Source: Candidatus Bathyarchaeota archaeon (GTDB lineage Archaea; Thermoproteota; Bathyarchaeia; Bathyarchaeales; DTEX01). From it: DNA of 36,998 nt. The notes under the pieces were generated by a model. It saw only the letters and a list, made by a program, of their open reading frames with translations, made no database searches and was not told where the DNA came from. The stretch lies in assembly GCA_018397055.1 (NCBI GenBank), contig JAGTQS010000004.1, positions 1 through 36,998 on the forward strand, given 5' to 3'. Position 1 is the first letter of the stretch, and the number at the start of each line of letters is the position of its first letter. The translations under genes and the position numbers were made by a program. Shown here piece after piece: positions 34,971-36,998 of the stretch.

Positions 34971-36086
34971 ATGAATCTACTTGAAAGGCTTCTTACAGTC
35001 TTCTTAAGAAAACAGCCTGATGTTATGCCTTGGTTTGCTGATTTAACATACTGGTACAAGGCGAAATTGTATAAAAATGAATTGCCATCTAAGTATCTAG
35101 GTGAAAGCGGACAGATACGGCTGTATCGTAAATTAGGTTGTGGTAGTCATGAAGAATTATATAATCTGCCAGGTGAGGTAACATATTATGGCGTTAAACA
35201 TATTAGCTCATTGGAATCATTCAGGGATGGAACAAAAGTCTATGAGGAGAAATACAGCACTCCACTGGGCGATATTACGGGAGTAATGAAGTTTGTGCCT
35301 CAGTCATTTAGTTCGGCGCACATAAAATATCCCATTGCGACTAATCACGATCTTAAGGTTCTTCAATACATTTATAAAAACCAAGAGTTTAAACCAGACT
35401 ACTCTATTCAATACGATCGACTGAAAAAATGGAAGGGAATAGGGTTTGTAAGCTCTCTTCCGCCCCGCACTCCATTTCAAAGGATGATCGTTGAGTGGGC
35501 TGGTGTAACTAACACAGTTATGTTAATGATGAAGGAAAGCCAAGAATTTGAGGAAACCCTTCAAATAATGGCTGAGGCGGATGACCCAATATACGAGGCA
35601 ATTTGTAAATCTCCAGCTCTCGGCGTTTATTTTGGAGAAAACATAACAAGCGATGTTATTTCACCACGCATTTTCAAAAAATATCATATGTCTTATTACA
35701 TAAAAAGGGTAAAGCAACTTCACGCTGCTGGAAAAGTCATCTATGTTCATATTGATGGTACGTTGAGGGGGGTCCTGCCACTAATAGAAGCAACAGGTGT
35801 TGATTGCGCTCAATCAGTTACTCCCTCTCCTATAGGTGATATTGCTGTGGAAAGGTTACGCGAGGTCGCAGGACCAAACATAATTCTATGGGGTGGCCTT
35901 CCAGGTGTCTATTTTAGCCATTTGTATCCCGAGGAGAACCTTAGACAAATGGCGTTAAAGGTTATAGATTATCATTTAGATGGACATAAATTTATTATGG
36001 GTGTGTCTGATCAGGTTCCACCAGATGGCGACATCAACCGTGTAAAGACTATAACAGAGATAATTGAGAAACATGCGAGGTATTAG
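34971..36086 (+). CDS. Uroporphyrinogen decarboxylase-fold family protein (AT-rich gene)
   Basis: ERLL..QPDVMP, TPLG, ISP..FKKY, HIDG, TP.P.GD, LWGGLP, FIMGVSDQVP. ORF-track start is 34950. Confidence 0.8.
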   Translation: MNLLERLLTVFLRKQPDVMPWFADLTYWYKAKLYKNELPSKYLGESGQIRLYRKLGCGSHEELYNLPGEVTYYGVKHISSLESFRDGTKVYEEKYSTPLGDITGVMKFVPQSFSSAHIKYPIATNHDLKVLQYIYKNQEFKPDYSIQYDRLKKWKGIGFVSSLPPRTPFQRMIVEWAGVTNTVMLMMKESQEFEETLQIMAEADDPIYEAICKSPALGVYFGENITSDVISPRIFKKYHMSYYIKRVKQLHAAGKVIYVHIDGTLRGVLPLIEATGVDCAQSVTPSPIGDIAVERLREVAGPNIILWGGLPGVYFSHLYPEENLRQMALKVIDYHLDGHKFIMGVSDQVPPDGDINRVKTITEIIEKHARY

Positions 36087-36156
36087 TTGAAAAATAGCCA
36101 AAAAATAGTTTTTGCACCCATCAATGACATTTTAGTTTATGTAATTTTATGCTTCC

Positions 36157-36906
36157 TTATTCTCTAATGAGTCTTACTAAATGAACAGCATATCTCTTCA
36201 TTGTTTGTTCTATTTCTAGTTTTGCTGTATCATATACATCTGATTTTATTAGGTCAAAGTCCTCCTCGCTATCGACAGCATAAAGCTCAAGTCGGAATCT
36301 CCCTTCTTCAAATGGTAGATCACTTATTCTTAGGTTATAGCCATTAAACTCAGAACCAAAGTTACTTATTAGAATTGTAACGGTCTCGTTATTGGGAGAA
36401 ATGCCAGCAATTACTGCAAAGCCTTTGCTATTCGATCCTGTACATAATAAGCGGTTTGGCGTTTCAATTAGCATCTTGAAAGCCATAAATACATAATACG
36501 CTTTGTGTGGAACACCGTTCTTGTCAAATAGCCCTCCCCATGGCCACGTATCTCCGCGATAAAATGTGGCAATATCTGGAGGATTATCCTGCAAGTAAAT
36601 CATGGTTGAGGCGATGAAAGCTGCCACTTTTGAGCTTTTGAATTCTATTTCATAGTTTTCGCCAGGTTGGAAGTTCCATTCCGTTAGCAAGCTTTCTATC
36701 GAGGAAAAACCATTATTCTTCATGCATTCATGAACTTGTTCAGCCCTAAAATATATGTCATAAGGTTCTTTAGAGTATGCATGCCATGAGATAAAGTCTA
36801 TAGGGACGTTATTTGTCTTGCAGTATTTTAGAAACTGATCGAGGAATGTTATGTTCCAAGCTAGTGCTGGTCCGCCCACTTTTAGGTTTGGATTGTAACT
36901 TTTAAC
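36157..36906 (-). pseudogene. C-terminal fragment of a GH39-like (clan GH-A) glycoside hydrolase
   Basis: VKSYNPNLKVGGPA, PIDFISWHAY, LLTEWN (nucleophile), GLF..G..K.AYYVF, C-terminal beta domain. No upstream WNEP motif, and an in-frame TAA at 36943-36945. Confidence 0.75.
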
Positions 36907-36998
36907 TAAAGTTTGGCAAATTTTTGGCTTTTGCCCATTTCTTTAAAGTATTTTACCAAAATAATGTTAATTTTTCATATTTGGAACTCCATTTTTTG

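Noticed and set aside
1-36998. CRISPR array, rRNA, Sec/Pyl recoding in the main genes
   Set aside because: No regularly spaced repeats or rRNA-like sequence, and the recognised enzymes have no in-frame TGA/TAG at catalytic positions.

Overview
An archaeal chromosomal window. This call rests on an archaeal-type tRNA with an intron, GGTGA/GGAGG ribosome-binding sites with frequent TTG starts, and Thermococcales-like hypA/hypB. Gene content suggests a TACK/Bathyarchaeia-like genome, but that is inference only. About 37 CDSs mix housekeeping genes (asnS, purS-purL-purQ, nadA, HMG-CoA synthase, hypA/ATPase-type hypB/hypE, M29 aminopeptidase) with a dispersed sugar and sugar-acid catabolic set. That set comprises KdgK, an Eda-VOC fusion, a xylose-isomerase-like enzyme, two MDR dehydrogenases, a TIM-barrel epimerase, two Gfo/Idh/MocA enzymes, an enolase-superfamily enzyme, two UroD-fold proteins and a truncated GH39. 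Two tRNAs lie on the minus strand: tRNA-Ala(UGC), and tRNA-His(GUG) with a 32-nt non-canonical D-loop intron (15/16). Features the ORF track hides are a frameshifted wHTH-Roadblock/LC7 fusion, an exact 589-bp in-frame duplication inside HMG-CoA synthase (probably an assembly artefact), a start-codon-occluding hairpin, short direct repeats, sharp local A+C/G+T strand-skew switches, and an AT-rich segment at the right end. I found no CRISPR array, rRNA or recognisable transposase/integrase, and cannot demonstrate a single complete novel system. Family assignments come from motif recognition and memory, not from database searches, and base counts are manual.
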